A DNA stretch of 64,000 bases, taken from contig OX597821.1 of assembly GCA_951406725.2 (NCBI GenBank), positions 104,408,001-104,472,000 of the forward strand. The letters run 5' to 3'. Shown piece after piece: positions 26,411-39,997 of this stretch. The translations under genes and the position numbers were made by a program. Positions within the stretch are counted from its first letter, which is position 1. Each line of letters begins with the position of its first letter. This stretch comes from Octopus vulgaris. Taxonomy: Eukaryota. A model generated the notes under the pieces. It was not told the DNA's origin. It worked only from the letters and a program-made list of their open reading frames with translations, and did not search any database.

Positions 26411-27703
26411 CGAGGGACGTTCAATAAGTAATGCCTCTGACCCATTTGCAGTTGTTTGATCTAGCTGAAATTTTGCATGTGCAATCATGTCTATTGCTAT
26501 AGAGTAAGTGGCAAATTACAGCTCTGGATTAATTGTGGTTTCTGATTTACAAGTGTTTGAACCGAGTCAAGTGTGAAATGGATCCTGTTGAGTGTCGAGC
26601 AGTGATCCGGTTTTTGTATTTGAAAGGACGCACACCATGGGAGACTTTTGATGAAATGAAAGTAACTGATGGTGATGATGCCCCATCATATGACCTTGTA
26701 AATCGCGCGCATCGTGAATTCAAACATGGTCAGAACTCTGTGGAAACAGCTCCCAGATCTGGTCGCCCCTTCTGCCATTGATGAGGCACCTGTCCGTCAA
26801 GTTGCGGCTGCCATTTTGGAAGATCGACGCATAATTATTCGCCAAATAGCCCATGAGGTCAAGATTAGTACCGGGTCTGTGGAATCTATCATTCATGACC
26901 ATTTGCATATGCAAAAGGTGTCTGCCAGATGGATTCCCAGGTTGCTCACGCCTTTCCAGAAGCAAGAACGCGTCGAGTGCTCGAGGGTGAATTTGGAGAT
27001 GTGCCAAGAAGATGAGTCAAAATTTTTCAAAAGACTGATTACACAGGATGAAACCTGGGTCCATCACGATGATCCAGAGACCAAAGCCCAGTCAATGCAG
27101 TGGAAGCACCGTGACTCACCCCCTCCAAAGAAGGCAAGGGTGCAGCCCTCCGCTGGCAAGGTCATGTTCACAGTCTTCTGTGACCAGGACGGAGTAGTGA
27201 TGACAGATTTCCTGGCAAAGGGTACCACAATTGCAGGAGCCTATTATGCTTCACTTTTGAAGAAATTAAGAAATTAAGTTATCAAAATCAAGAGGCGGGG
27301 CAAGATCAGCAAAGGCATCCTCCTCCTGCAGGACAACGCTCCGGTCCACAACTCGCTTGTCGCCAGATCAGAAGCACAGGCGTATGGCTATGAACTCCTC
27401 CCCCATCCCCCTACTTTCCTGACCTTGCACCCTCTGATTTTCACCTCTTCCCAGCCATGAAGTTGTTTTTGAAAGGAAAGCGTTTCCCAGATGATGCAGC
27501 CTTGATTTCTGAAGTCACGTTGAGGTTGGAGGACCAAGCTGGGGTCTTCTACAAAAACAGTCTCCAGAGCTGCATCAAACAATGGAAGAAATGCGTAACT
27601 CTGGGTGGTTCCTATGTAGAAAAAGACTAATAACTGTGCCAAGTTTCGTTGCTCTACTGCTATGGGAAGTGGGTCAGGGGCTTTACTTATTGAACGGCCC
27701 TCG
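26411..27703 (+). mobile_element. Full-length mariner (DD34D) DNA transposon, 1293 bp, TA TSD
   Basis: TIRs cgagggacgttcaataagtaatgcctctgaccca and tgggtcaggggctttacttattgaacggccctcg, with TA on both sides. Confidence 0.95.
26578..27630 (+). pseudogene. Mariner transposase pseudogene
   Basis: MDPVECRAVIRFL, PRSGRP, WIPRLL, ITQDETWVHH, LLQDNAPVH, PHPP..PDLAPSDFHLF, GGSYVEKD*. Frameshifts near 26770, 27275 and 27417. Confidence 0.92.
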
Positions 27704-27850
27704 TAATCACCTCATGAATTTATATGGATAACACCATACAAAATTCTGGTGCATCTAACTTAAGTACTATATTCATTTGAATCTAAATTTTGCTGAATTT
27801 ATATATATAATGCGCACGCATACAGTTACATATATCTGTGTGTGTGTGTG

Positions 27851-27890
<40 letters not shown>

Positions 27891-29195
27891 TGTGTGTGTT
27901 TGTGTGTATGTGTGTGTGGAGCAAATGCTTATCAAAATTTATTGAAGGCTTCTCATCTGCTTTAATTTATGCAGTGATTTCATATATTCGAAATATTCCT
28001 ATGATTAGAAAGAAGGTAGATTCTCGCAATATTCAAACCTATATATTAAAGTATGAACGTTTCAAATTGCTCTCTAATTATTCAGAACATCAATAACGTA
28101 AGAAGCACTGAATGACAGCAAATTTTGTAACATTTAAAGCATATCTCTTCATATTTATATAACGCTCATAATTGGCTTTTATAACTATGTATGATATAAA
28201 TACATTTCCAGAATCCTGAAATTAATTATCCGAAGTGCTTGATTTCATACTTTGTTCGTCGTATTTTCTGTAATTTCTTCATAGTGCTGTGAAATGCATA
28301 CTCATATACAAACGTATTCTTACGCACATACAAAAACGCACACACGTGTTTCACTAAATTTTGTAAAACTTTTAAATACATGTATAATGCCACTACAGCA
28401 CTAAGGTCTGTTTTCCTTGTTGCTGCGCTATTTGTCGGATTGGTATTATATCAAAACTTCCACAATAAATCAAAAAATATTTGGTATATGTAAACATTTA
28501 CCTCTCAAAGAAATTCAATGGTGCATTTCGAATACTTCATAACACCAAAGATCATTTATAACAGAATAATCTCGATTCGGGATCTGGACACTAAACTACA
28601 AGATCGAGACTACCATACGATTTGGTTGGTATACTTATATGCGACGTTGGGCCTACAAGCAATCGTCAGAGATTTCAGTAATTAGGTTACGTGACTTATC
28701 TTCTTCTCAGCTTGAGGCAAGTTTCAATAAACAGCTGTTAAGACAATAAGAAAATGTATAGTTTCGAAATACGCTTTAGAGCATGCCAACCATCATATCA
28801 CCACCAAAATTTAGGGTATCGCATTTCTTGAAATTTGTCTTCCGCTGTATAGTTCACCTTGCATTTTGATTCGCTGCAAATTATTTATCTAAGAATTGCG
28901 ACCCAAAGACTGCCTTTCGTCGACTCCGGTGAACACCTCAGCAGATTCCACTGAAATGTTGCTTACATATTTGCATGGAATTCTATACGAAATACTCGCT
29001 CACAACTGCATATTAGCGATGAGAAATCGACTTTGCGTCTATGCAGTACTCCTGTTTGACAACGCTCTAACAACGTTTAATCGCTCGTTATGAAGAGAAG
29101 GTTCCAGGGCAGGTATAGAGCATCGAATCGCGAAATTATTAATAGTAGTTGTAATATTTAGTGTATTATTGTTGATGTAAGTTTTGAACAGAGTA

Positions 29196-29920
29196 GGCGT
29201 AGGAGTGGCTGTGTGGTAAGTAGCTTGCTTACCAACCACATGGTTTCGTGTTCAGTCCCACTGCGTGGCATCTTGGGCAAGTGTCTTCTACTATATTTTC
29301 GGGCCGACCTAGGAATTGTGAGTGGATTTGGTAGACGGAAACTGAAAGAAGCCCGTCGAATATATGTGTGTGTATATGTTTGTGTGTCAGTGTTTGTCCC
29401 CCACCAACATCACTTTACAACTGATGCTGCTGTGTTTACGTCACTGTAACTTCTACTATAGCTTCGGGCCGACCAAAGCCTTGTGAGTGGATTTGGTAGA
29501 CGGAAACTGAAAGAAGCCCGTCGAATATATGTGTGTGTATATGTTTGTGTGTCAGTGTTTGTCCCCCACCAACATCACTTTACAACCGATGCTGCTGTGT
29601 TTACGTCACTGTAACTTCTACTACAGCTTCGGGCCGACCAAGGCATTGTGAGTGGATTTAGTAGACGGAGACTGAAAGAAGCCCGTCGAATATATGAGTG
29701 TGTGTATGTTTGTGTGTCTGTGTTTGTCCCCCACCAACGTCACTTGACAACCGATGCTGCTGTGTTTACGTCACTGTAACTTATCGGTTCGGCAAAAGCA
29801 ACCGGTATAATAAGTACTAGGCTTACAAAGAGTAAGTCCTGGCTTCGATTTGCTCGACTAAAGTCGGTGCTCCAGCATGGCCACAGTCAAGTGACTGAAA
29901 CAAGTAAAAGAGTAAAGAGT
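29196..29920 (+). mobile_element. SINE A with an internal segment of about 166 bp in three tandem copies
   Basis: cttctacta...tttacgtcactgtaa starts at about 29285, 29450 and 29616; single head and single tail. Confidence 0.9.
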
Positions 29921-30823
29921 ATATATTTTCATATTAAGCAAATATAATATATTAAAGACGGGGATTTTTTTTTTTCTCAACAGTGTCCTTCCACACATTG
30001 ACGCTGCTACAAATGATGCATATAACTGAAATAGAGGAAGCACGTATAGTTACATTATTGCAATCAGGACCGCCAATGCAGAGGGATAACGTTGATACTT
30101 TATTTTATACGTTCGATATAATATCTACTTTAAAGATTGTGATCGGATACAATCGTTAACATCTATCTGTATAAAATTGCATTGTTTGTCTTGGCGAAAT
30201 AATTCAATATTGATAGAAGATTATTTTATCTACTTAGATAGAAAATTAATAGAACTCTTATCATGTGTAATATTGTTATTGACATAGGATCGGTCGACAT
30301 GAATTTAAAGTGATAGAGTTCTTTGAAGTAATGTCCGATCTACTACAAATATATTAACCAAATAGGAAATATGATGATGGATGGTTCTGAATAATATACG
30401 AATATTTGCTCTTCAGGCAATAACAACAGTGATATTTATCGAAAAATTATGAAGCTGGCATTAACTAGAATTTCAATAAAAGAGCAGAACGTTCTTGTTT
30501 ACGAATGTGAATTTGTAATTTAATTGGTGCCAGTAGAAGGCTTTATAATTATAATGATTTAGGTGTTGATAATTTGTTGTTAGATCTCCACAAATAGAAT
30601 TAAAAATAATGATTTCCTTTCTTTTCGAGAAGGCAATAGTATCGAGTGTCTTACTGCTATGTTACATATATATATATATATATATATATAAAGTTCAGCA
30701 ACAATTTAGATTTAAATGAATATGGTACTTAATTTAGATGCACCAGAATTTTTTATGCTGTTACCCATAAAAATATGCGGGGTGATTATAATCAAAAAGA
30801 TTCATTCTTGTTGCTTATTTTTG

Positions 30824-30927
<104 letters not shown>

Positions 30928-31002
30928 ATGTATATATCTGTATATATATATGTATGTATATGTATATATATATATGTATGTATATGTATATATATATATG
31001 TA

Positions 31003-31048
<46 letters not shown>

Positions 31049-31053
31049 ATGTA

Positions 31054-31299
<246 letters not shown>

Positions 31300-31326
31300 T
31301 TACATATGTATGTATGTATGCATGTA

Positions 31327-32041
31327 CAGGCAAGACACAATAATGGAAACACCTAGCATCATAGCATCATAATTTTGAAATATCTATGAAACTGTCAAAA
31401 GCTTGTTTAGCTTTATGTTTTTTTTTATTTATTATTAGTGTTGCTTCATATGTTTTGCTAAGTTTACTGCTCTTTTTCAGATAACAGAGGTCAAATTGTT
31501 TGTGCCCGAATGGCTGGTGCTAGCGTAACGAAAACAGCTAAATTGTTTGTTGTATCAAGAAGTACCGCCTCGAAAGTAATGGGAGCCTTTCAGAAAGAGG
31601 GAAAAACCTCCTCGTCGAAACAAAACTCCGGCAGAAAACCAAAAATTTCAGGTAGGGTCCGTCGTAATCTTATGCGAATTGTTAGAAAGGATCACAAAAG
31701 TACAGCTCCCAAAATTACTACTGAGCTTAATTATCAACTCGAGAACCCTGTGTCTGCAAAAAACTGTTCACCGGGAGATGCACAAAGTCGGATTTCCCGG
31801 GAGAGCTGCAATTAGAAAACCACTACTTTCAAAAACAAAAGTTGCAAAGCGTTTAGAGTGGAGTAAAATCCTACAGAATTGGTCCCTTGAGCAGTGGAAA
31901 AATGTTATTTTCTCGGACGAGTCATCCTTTACCTTATTTCCGACCACCGACCGAGTATACGTGTGGAGACAGCCAAAGAAGGCTTTGACCCAGGCTGCCT
32001 TCTTCCAACTGTTAATCATGGAAGAGGATCTGTGATGATCT
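31327..32041 (+). mobile_element. Tc1-like DNA transposon, 5' part with a transposase fragment
   Basis: TA-cagg..aataatggaaacacc end. Translation RGQIVCARMAGASVTKTAKLF..GRKPK..RKPLLSK..RLEW..WKNVIFSDESSF..VWR; one frameshift at about 31760; truncated before the second Asp. Confidence 0.88.
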
Positions 32042-32059
32042 GTTATGATGTGCGATGAT

Positions 32060-32765
32060 CGTTTTCCGTCAGCAAGGCGAGAACCTACTACAGTTCACTT
32101 TCGATCTCGACAGCGGAGAGAAAACAGTGAGCTTTGAGTTGTATTCTCATCTTGGAGAAGAGCTGGAAATCTGTAGGGGCAAAATATGGCGAATACGGTG
32201 GTAGCACAAGGGACACCATGTTTATTTTTGCAGAGAAACTCATGAGTGAGAAGGCTAATGGTCTTTGTGGATAATCCGGGCGTTAAAATTAACTTCAACG
32301 ACACATACAACAGACCAACATCATCAGCAATGTCGTTGATTGTCCTCCGACGACCTTCATGCACAAGCAGATGAATTTCTCCACGTTTGCAGGTGTGACA
32401 CTCCTACAAGTTCTTCGAAATTGACCATCGTCTTCGAAAGATGTTCTTTCGCTTTCGAAGCGAATATGCCACTCGAAGCATTGCGAACGACCTATTGCCT
32501 CGTCTCCGTGAGCTTGCCGAAATATGATCAACATCTCTGTAAAAGAGTTCCAAAGTTTGACGTAAAATTTCTCTGTTGCAACTGCCTGTCCATGACAAAA
32601 TCTCAGACTACAGCATACATGTGATCAGCATACATGTGATCAGCATACATGTGATCACAAAAACACAGTGACGTCACACGGTACCCTGCCTCATGCAGGT
32701 CTCACTGCGCACACAACAGCTGGCGTGCTACAGAAATAGTCCGGGAATGTTTTGATACCACCTCG
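32060..32765 (-). mobile_element. Internally deleted mariner of a second family
   Basis: 5' TIR plus TA at 32765-32767. Minus strand gives QAHGDEAIGRSQCFEWHIRF..EDD..NVEK, RRTINDIADDVG, then PPYSPYFAPTDFQLF (YSPDLAP-like). Confidence 0.8.
32611..32657. repeat. 15-bp unit in three perfect tandem copies (cagcatacatgtgat)
   Basis: Direct reading. Confidence 0.95.
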
Positions 32766-32984
32766 TATGAATTTGTTACAAAGTCAGTAAACATATCTGA
32801 TTTCGATATAACCAAATATTTCAGATATATCGGATATGATAGGACAATCATTTGAAAAGAACATTCTTTGTATAAGTCACAAATATCCAGTAACAAACAA
32901 ACATTGATAGAAAGAAAAAATGTATATTCAGCATCAAAATAATTTAAAGTAAGGATTAATTTTACTCATATTAGTTATTTTAAG

Positions 32985-33075
<91 letters not shown>

Positions 33076-33082
33076 ATTCATA

Positions 33083-33115
<33 letters not shown>

Positions 33116-33118
33116 GAA

Positions 33119-33163
<45 letters not shown>

Positions 33164-33456
33164 GTATATGTATATATAGATAGATAGAAATAGATAATAG
33201 ATATACATGTGCATGTATATGTATATATAGATATACGTACATATTCATATATTATTAGGAATCTCCGCATACATAATTCAATACGATATCCGTTCACACT
33301 CTCCTTAATATAGCTTATGTCTAATAGGCATGGTTGACTGTTGAACTGTTATCTGTCCATTGTGTATAGCATGTGAATTTACAGATACGCGTATATTTGT
33401 CTACAGGTACTTTCGAAAATACATGCACAGTCACAAACACACAAAAACACATACAC

Positions 33457-33512
<56 letters not shown>

Positions 33513-33922
33513 ACACTCAGAAACACACACAAACACACATACACATTCATGTATGTGTGTGAGCCTATAAGTAGGTAACTATGCATGCGGTGTATTTCAG
33601 TGTGCAAGGACCAAAATAGACAAAGAAATAAATATTTGATTTCAAATATAGAAAGTTAGCAGCAGATGTGAAATTATTAGATCTGTTCCCATCATTCGTC
33701 TTCAAAAGAGTTGTTACAGAATTTAAAACTCATTGCTTGGAGTTGCATTTATCTCACGTCTCAGAAGCATCAATGTAACAAATGCTGCAGTCAGAATCGA
33801 TGAGATCGCTTTACGGCATTATGAAATTTAGTGTCCTAATTTCCGAAATTTCCCGAGGTCCTTCGCACGTTCTTCTTGTCTGCTGCCTATCTATCCAATT
33901 ATCTGAGTGTTTGTACAGTGCA

Positions 33923-34747
33923 TGTGTCGTCTCTTTGGTGTTTCATGTTCTTGTCCATGTCTGTATTTATTTTTTTACTGTTTACATATATAATCGGCGG
34001 CTACGTATCCACAATTGTGCTTATACGATAAGTATATTTTTTCTCTAGCATTGATACGACTCTTGATCTGTCTCTTTCTTTCTCTCTCTCTCTCCTCCCT
34101 TATTCCCCTTCCTTTCTTTCCCTCTCCATCCGTCCCCCCCCCTTCTACGTTTCTCTATTTCTCTCACCTCCAGTCCCCTCGATCTGTCTCTTTCTTCTCC
34201 TCCCTCGTCCACCTTCTCTCTCTCTTCATCTGTCCCTTTCTCCTGTCTTTTGTTCTCACGTGACCGCTAGCCACTGCTGGGCGCCCTTTTCGTTCCAGCA
34301 GTCGTCGAAGCAACACGTATTTGTTCGTCTCCCTGCGGCCATTAGGCACTACTTCATAAGCCAGCCCAAACTCAACTCGTCCTGTCGAAAGACCCTTGTC
34401 CTACGTCCTGGTTTTGTTTTGTTTTTTATCTTTACCGTTATTGTTTTTACGTTTTTGTATTCTTATTGGTGTCACGTATTCTGTATTTTTGTTCGTGTAC
34501 TTCGTTCGTTTTCCGTCCTCGTGTTGTATACATTCGAAGCTTTCTTCCAAGGGATCTAATGTGCTTGGCTTAGATTTTCCTTTGGGGGCTGCCCAGATCG
34601 GAGCAATCTCAAGATTAATCAGCCGAAATTGCGAAGATGATCTGGTTCTTGACTGATGACTGAGGGCTTCGAATGTCCCGTCCTGTGGTTCTTGTGTCGT
34701 CTCTTTGGTGTTTCATGTTCTTGTCCATGTCTGTATTTATTTTTTAC

Positions 34748-34761
<14 letters not shown>
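33923..34761 (+). mobile_element. Non-coding unit (period about 770 bp) bounded by direct repeats of about 70 bp and ending in (TA)n
   Basis: 33923-33992 matches 34693-34761 apart from a 1-nt indel; CT-rich interior; ctgatga at about 34653. Confidence 0.6.
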
Positions 34762-34838
<77 letters not shown>

Positions 34839-34851
34839 ATATATAAATATG

Positions 34852-35136
34852 GGGGCGCAATGGCTCAATAATCAGGGCAGCGGCCTCGCGGTTGTAGGAT
34901 CGCAGTTTCTATTGCCAGACCGGGCGGTATGAGTGTTTATTGAGCGAAAACACCTAAAGCTCCACGAGGCTCCGTCAGGGGTGCGGGTGGCGATCCCTGC
35001 CGTACCCTTTCGCCACAGTTTTCTGTCACTGTTTCTTGTGTTGGCCAGCGGAGTGGCGTCATTTGAAGGCTAAAACAATGCGAAGCGCATTGTGACCCGT
35101 GACGTGTAGCAACATCTGATAGCCTGGTCGGTCACG

Positions 35137-35141
<5 letters not shown>
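34852..35141 (+). mobile_element. SINE family C, tail type 1
   Basis: tRNA-like head plus core tgtttattgagcgaaaacacctaaagctccacgaggctccg, shared with the copies at 41548 and 56899. Confidence 0.75.
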
Positions 35142-35184
<43 letters not shown>

Positions 35185-37843
35185 AAGACACAAACATATA
35201 ATGTTCGTCCTTCGGTTCGAAGATGACCAACTGACATGATCTGATGGAACTGCCGCCATGAGACGGGAGGTGGCTGGTGAGGCCAATCCGGGCAAGGAAG
35301 CCCCTCCCACAGGTGGGGCAGAAGTGGGTAGGGGCAGTGCTACTGGTGCAGGCGGCTCTGACTTTACGCATCTGACGTTTCTGCTCCGCTGACCGAATCC
35401 GTCCCTCCTCGGCTGTCCCTGCTACCACGGTGATTGCGCTGCGCCAGGATGAGCGGTTGGCAGCAAGTGTCTCCCAGGTCTCTGTTCCGATGGAGAAGTC
35501 TTTGAGAGAGACCTTGAGACTATCCTTGTAGCGCTTTTTCTGCCCTCCGACTTTGCGCCTGCCCTGGCCGAGTTCACCGTAGAAGAGCTGTTTTGGGATG
35601 CGAGTGTCGGACATGCGGGAGACGTGGCCCGCCCATCTCAGCTGGGCCTTGCGCATGATTGTGATGGTGCTAGGGAGATCTGCCTGCTTCAGAACTTCCG
35701 TGTCTGGGACTTTGTCCTGCCAGCGGATGTGAAGGAGATTCCGAAGACACCTGAGATGGAAGTGGTTTATCTGGCGCTCGTGCCTTCGGTAAGCAGTCCA
35801 CGTCTCGCAGCCGTATAGTAGAGTGGTAAGCACGACTGCCCGGTAGACTTTCAGCTTGGTGTTGAGGCTGATTCCTCTCCGCTCCCAGACTTTCTTTCGC
35901 AGTCTCCCAAACGCGCTGCTTGCCTTGGAGATTCTATTGATGGTTTCAGCATCTATGTTGGCATTGCAGGAGAGAGTGCTGCCCAGGTAGGTGAAGTTTT
36001 CCACCACTCGTAAGATCCGTCCGTTCACCCTTATCTGAGGCTCATGGTATTGTTTGCCGGGGGCTGGCTGAAACATCACTTCGGTTTTCTTTGCACTGAT
36101 GGTGAGACCGAAGTTGTCACAGGCTGATGAGAACCTGTCCATCTCGAGCTGCATCTCCTGCTCATCGATTGCATTAAGGGCGCAGTCGTCAGCAAAGAGA
36201 AAGTCTCTGACGACTGTCTCCCTCACCTTTGTGACAGCCTGCAATCTCCTGGAGTTGAAAAGTTTCCCGTCTGTCCTGTACTTGATGTTGATACCGGACT
36301 TGCAGTCCCTAAAGGCGTCGGACATCATTGCCGAGAACATGATGCTGAACAGTGTTAGGGCCAGGACACAGCCCTGCCTGACTCCGTTGGTCACCTGGAA
36401 GGCTTCAGATGAGTCGCCGTCCTCAAGGATTCTGGCTGTCATTCCGTCGTGGAACTGGCGGACAATTGCAATAAATTTTCTGGGGCAACCAAATTTTCCC
36501 ATGACCTTCCATAGTCCCTCCCGACTGACTGTATCAAAGGCCTTGGTGAGGTCAACAAAGGTGATGCAGAGGTCAAGGTGCTGCTCCATGCATTTCTCCT
36601 GGAGCTGGCGGGCGGCGAATATCATGTCAGTGGTCCCTCGACCCGCACGGAAGCCACACTGGCTCTCAGGGAGAAGGCCTTGCTCCAAGTGTTCCAGAAG
36701 GCGGTCAAGCAGGACCCGGGCCAGGATCTTGCCTGCTATGGACAAGAGGGAAATACCTCGGTGGTTGTCGCAGGACTGCCGATCTCCTTTCCGCTTATAA
36801 ATGTGGACGATTGTTGCATCCCGGAAATCTTGAGGGAGTTGTTCCCTGTCCCACATCGACTGGAACAGGCTGGTGAGCTGACTGATCATGGTGGGGCCGC
36901 CCGACTTGAACACCTCTGCAGGGATGGCGTCAGAGCCTGGAGCTTTGCCGGTGGACATTTTTTTGATGGCTCTGCTCACTTCCCCGACTGCAGGGGGAAC
37001 AGCCAACTCGTGGTTTGTCGGCACCTGGGGGAGTCGTGCGATGGCTTCCTCGTTGATCTGGGCTGGTCGGTTGAGCACGATGTTGAAGTGCTCCGCCCAT
37101 CTCTCCAGGATCAGTCTCTTGTTAGTCAGGAGTGAGGTTCCATCTGAGCTGAGCAGGGGGGTTGATCCAAAGGAGAACTGCGGTCCATAGACAGCTTTCA
37201 GCGCCTTGTAGAATTTCTTGGTGTCGTGTTTGTCTGCGTATCCCTGAATCTCATCCGCCTTGGCGCTTAACCATGCGTCTTGCATGAGGCGGAGTTTAGC
37301 CTGGACTGTGCTGCGAATGTTGTTGAAAGCGGCCTTCTTTGCCGTGCAGGTGGTGTCATTTTGGTGAGCCCGCAGCAGACGGCGTTTCTCTTCCAGGAGC
37401 TTTTGGATTTCCTGGTCGTTTTCGTCGAACCAGTCCTGGTGTTTCCTCGTAATTTGGCCCAGAGTTTCAAGGGCGATGGAATGAACCGTGTCCCTGAATG
37501 ATTCCCACTGCTCATCGATGCTGGACTGGTCACTCCGAATGTCCAACAGCTTACTGTCCATACGTGACTGGAGATCTTGTGCAGTCAGCTGGTTCCTTAA
37601 TTTCGTGATGTTAAGCTTCCTCGTCACTTTCTGACCCTGTGGTCTTCTCTTAGGTCGGATGTAGAAATCCATCCTGGAGATGATGAGGCGATGGTCCGTC
37701 CAGCAGTCAGCTCCGCACATGGCTTTGACCAGTCTCACGTCCCGCTTGTCTTTCGCCCTGACGATGACGTAATCTATCAGATGCCAGTGTTTGGAGCGTG
37801 GATGCATCCATGATGTCTTGTTGCGTGTTGGCAGACGGAACAA
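35132..37843 (-). CDS. APE endonuclease (C-terminal part), reverse transcriptase and C2H2-like tail of an RTE LINE; the frame stays open upstream to about 37996
   Basis: WMHPRSKHWHLIDYV, TDHRL, KAPGSDAIPAE, RGISLLS, QCGFR, FVDLTKAFD, GVRQGC, LFADD, YLGS, LRWAGHV, CPTC..H. No internal stops in 903 aa. Confidence 0.93.
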
Positions 37844-37996
37844 GGTGTTGGCGATGGTAAGATCATGAGAGGCACACGCACGCAGGAGGAGCTGTCCGTT
37901 GCTGTTGCACTTTCCGATTCCTTGCTTTCCCAGTACGCGATGCCAGGCTTGGTGGTCAGTCCCGACACGGGCGTTAAAATCCCCACGGAGGATGAG
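35200..37996 (-). mobile_element. RTE-clade LINE, 5'-truncated within the endonuclease
   Basis: Open frame from LILRGDFNARVG; visibly GC-richer than the flanks; 3' stem-loop tggtcatcttcg-aac-cgaaggac. Confidence 0.95.
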
Positions 37997-38091
37997 AAGG
38001 GCGGAGGAAAAAAAGCAGTATAGAGTGTCAGATCAAAAAGGTGAAGATAAACTTATTTGGAAATGGATGCGTCGTGTTAAATTAAATAATA

Positions 38092-38170
<79 letters not shown>

Positions 38171-38552
38171 TCATTATATATATACATTCATATGTGTAAA
38201 TTTGGTTTGTTTGTTTCATTATTAAATCAAATGTAGTGGAAAAGCAGATTTGTAATGAGACCAGCCTACTAGAAAGCAACCAGTGTGTATTTGGGGCGCA
38301 TGGAAACGCATGTAGAGTTTACATAGTGAAGAAGAAATAAATAAGAGTGAGAACATGGTGTGAGAGTGGATGTGTTTCCAAGATGGAGGCACTAGTGGGA
38401 TCTACGAAATGCTAAAGGACGTGGAGGTCAAAATTGTGAAACATATTCGTATATAAGCTGCAGGATGTGTTTGTCATTGGGCTCAGCTCATCGTGCAGTG
38501 TTTTGTGACGGGTGGCAGAAATAAACAGGGACGTTTGTATAAAGATGTGTCA

Positions 38553-38626
<74 letters not shown>

Positions 38627-38646
38627 ATACATACTTATTCATACAC

Positions 38647-38704
<58 letters not shown>

Positions 38705-38707
<3 letters not shown>

Positions 38708-39241
38708 CGGTTAAATTTGCCCTCATTTATGAATTGTTTATAAATTTAACCGTTAAAGGTATTTTTTAATATGCTGGCCATTGATAAAATTTTTTTCGAG
38801 AAAATATTTTTTTTTCGAAAAGAATTTTATCCTCACATTTGATATAAATTTAAGCGTTCACTTCCGGACTAACTAACTCACTCTGTGAGAGCCTCAGTTC
38901 AAATCGCACGTGCCTCGAATGGGCTGAAGTATTTCTATTTTGGATGTATTTGGGGTACTTAGTTGTGCTCATGACTTAGTATTTGCTTCTTGCATGGGTA
39001 TGAGTAAGTATCTCATTTATTTCTTTTGCCACATGTATCACTGACGAAGAGAGGGCTCTTAGTAGCTAACTCTGAAATCGGTCCGATATGGTAATAATGG
39101 AATTTTTTAGAAACTTCTGTCAGCCTTTTTTCGAGTAGCGTGCGTATTGTGAAAAAAATTATATGGTTAATGGGCAATATGTCCAATTTTTCGGCATATT
39201 TGACATTGAAATTTTTTTTCCTTTGCTCTCATTTATGAATT
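38705..39241 (+). mobile_element. Second copy of the hammerhead-bearing repeat (about 500 bp)
   Basis: Aligns with 1690-2190. Terminal redundancy tttgc(c/t)ctcatttatgaatt at 38716 and 39222; 14-nt inverted piece at the 5' end; TA flanks. Confidence 0.7.
39036..39093 (+). ncRNA. Type I hammerhead ribozyme motif with an intact core
   Basis: TATCA-CTGACGA-AGAG..CTCT-GAAA-TCGG T CCGA-T-A-TGGTA; predicted cleavage after 39088. Confidence 0.72.
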
Positions 39242-39759
39242 ATATATATATATACGCGCATATACGGGTACAGTACTTCATCAACGGTGCAAATAATTTG
39301 ATATACGTAAACAAACGAGGCAAAACGAGTGAAATACGTCAACAACGAGAAAAAAGTAATGGAAAACAGTACAAGTTGACCGTGAGAAATGACCCTTCAT
39401 CAGTTGTCAGCTGCCTATGTACTCCTCATTTTGAGCATTCAACTAGAATATTGAGTTTGCAAAGACAATAGCTTCCATAAATCCTAAAATAAATTTAGAT
39501 TTTATGGACGGTCAATTTTGGGAACAAAAAATGACAATAGAGACAGACATACAAGGAAACCGAACGAAAACAAACGTGGAGGCTCGTTGCACCAGAACTA
39601 GAAGAAAATAATGAACACTGAGAGAATATCTTTTTTCTTCTTTTTTTGAAAAGAGAAAAGATAGAAGAGTTAGAGAAAAACACGACCGCTCGTTTAAAAG
39701 TTCAGGAAAAGAAAGATGGTCACATGAGGAAAACAAAGACGGACGATGGTCACCTGCGA

Positions 39760-39834
<75 letters not shown>

Positions 39835-39997
39835 ACAAAAAAGAAGAGAGAGAAACAGATAGAAAATGGTAAGGAGGGAGGGTAAGAATAAGGGAATTAG
39901 AGAAGGGCGGAGGATAAAAAGCAGTATAGAGTGTCAGATCAAAAAGGTGAAGATAAACTTATTTGGAAATGGATGCGTCGTGTTAAATTAAATAATA

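Noticed and set aside
28560-29130. Possible ancient LINE RT remnant on the minus strand
   Set aside because: Only vague motif echoes; too degraded to call by eye.
34375-34412. Hammerhead-like cctgtcgaaagacccttgtcctacgtc
   Set aside because: It lacks GAAA after stem II and has no good stem I.
35624-37501. Plus-strand ORFs of up to 233 aa
   Set aside because: Antisense shadows of the GC-rich RTE ORF.
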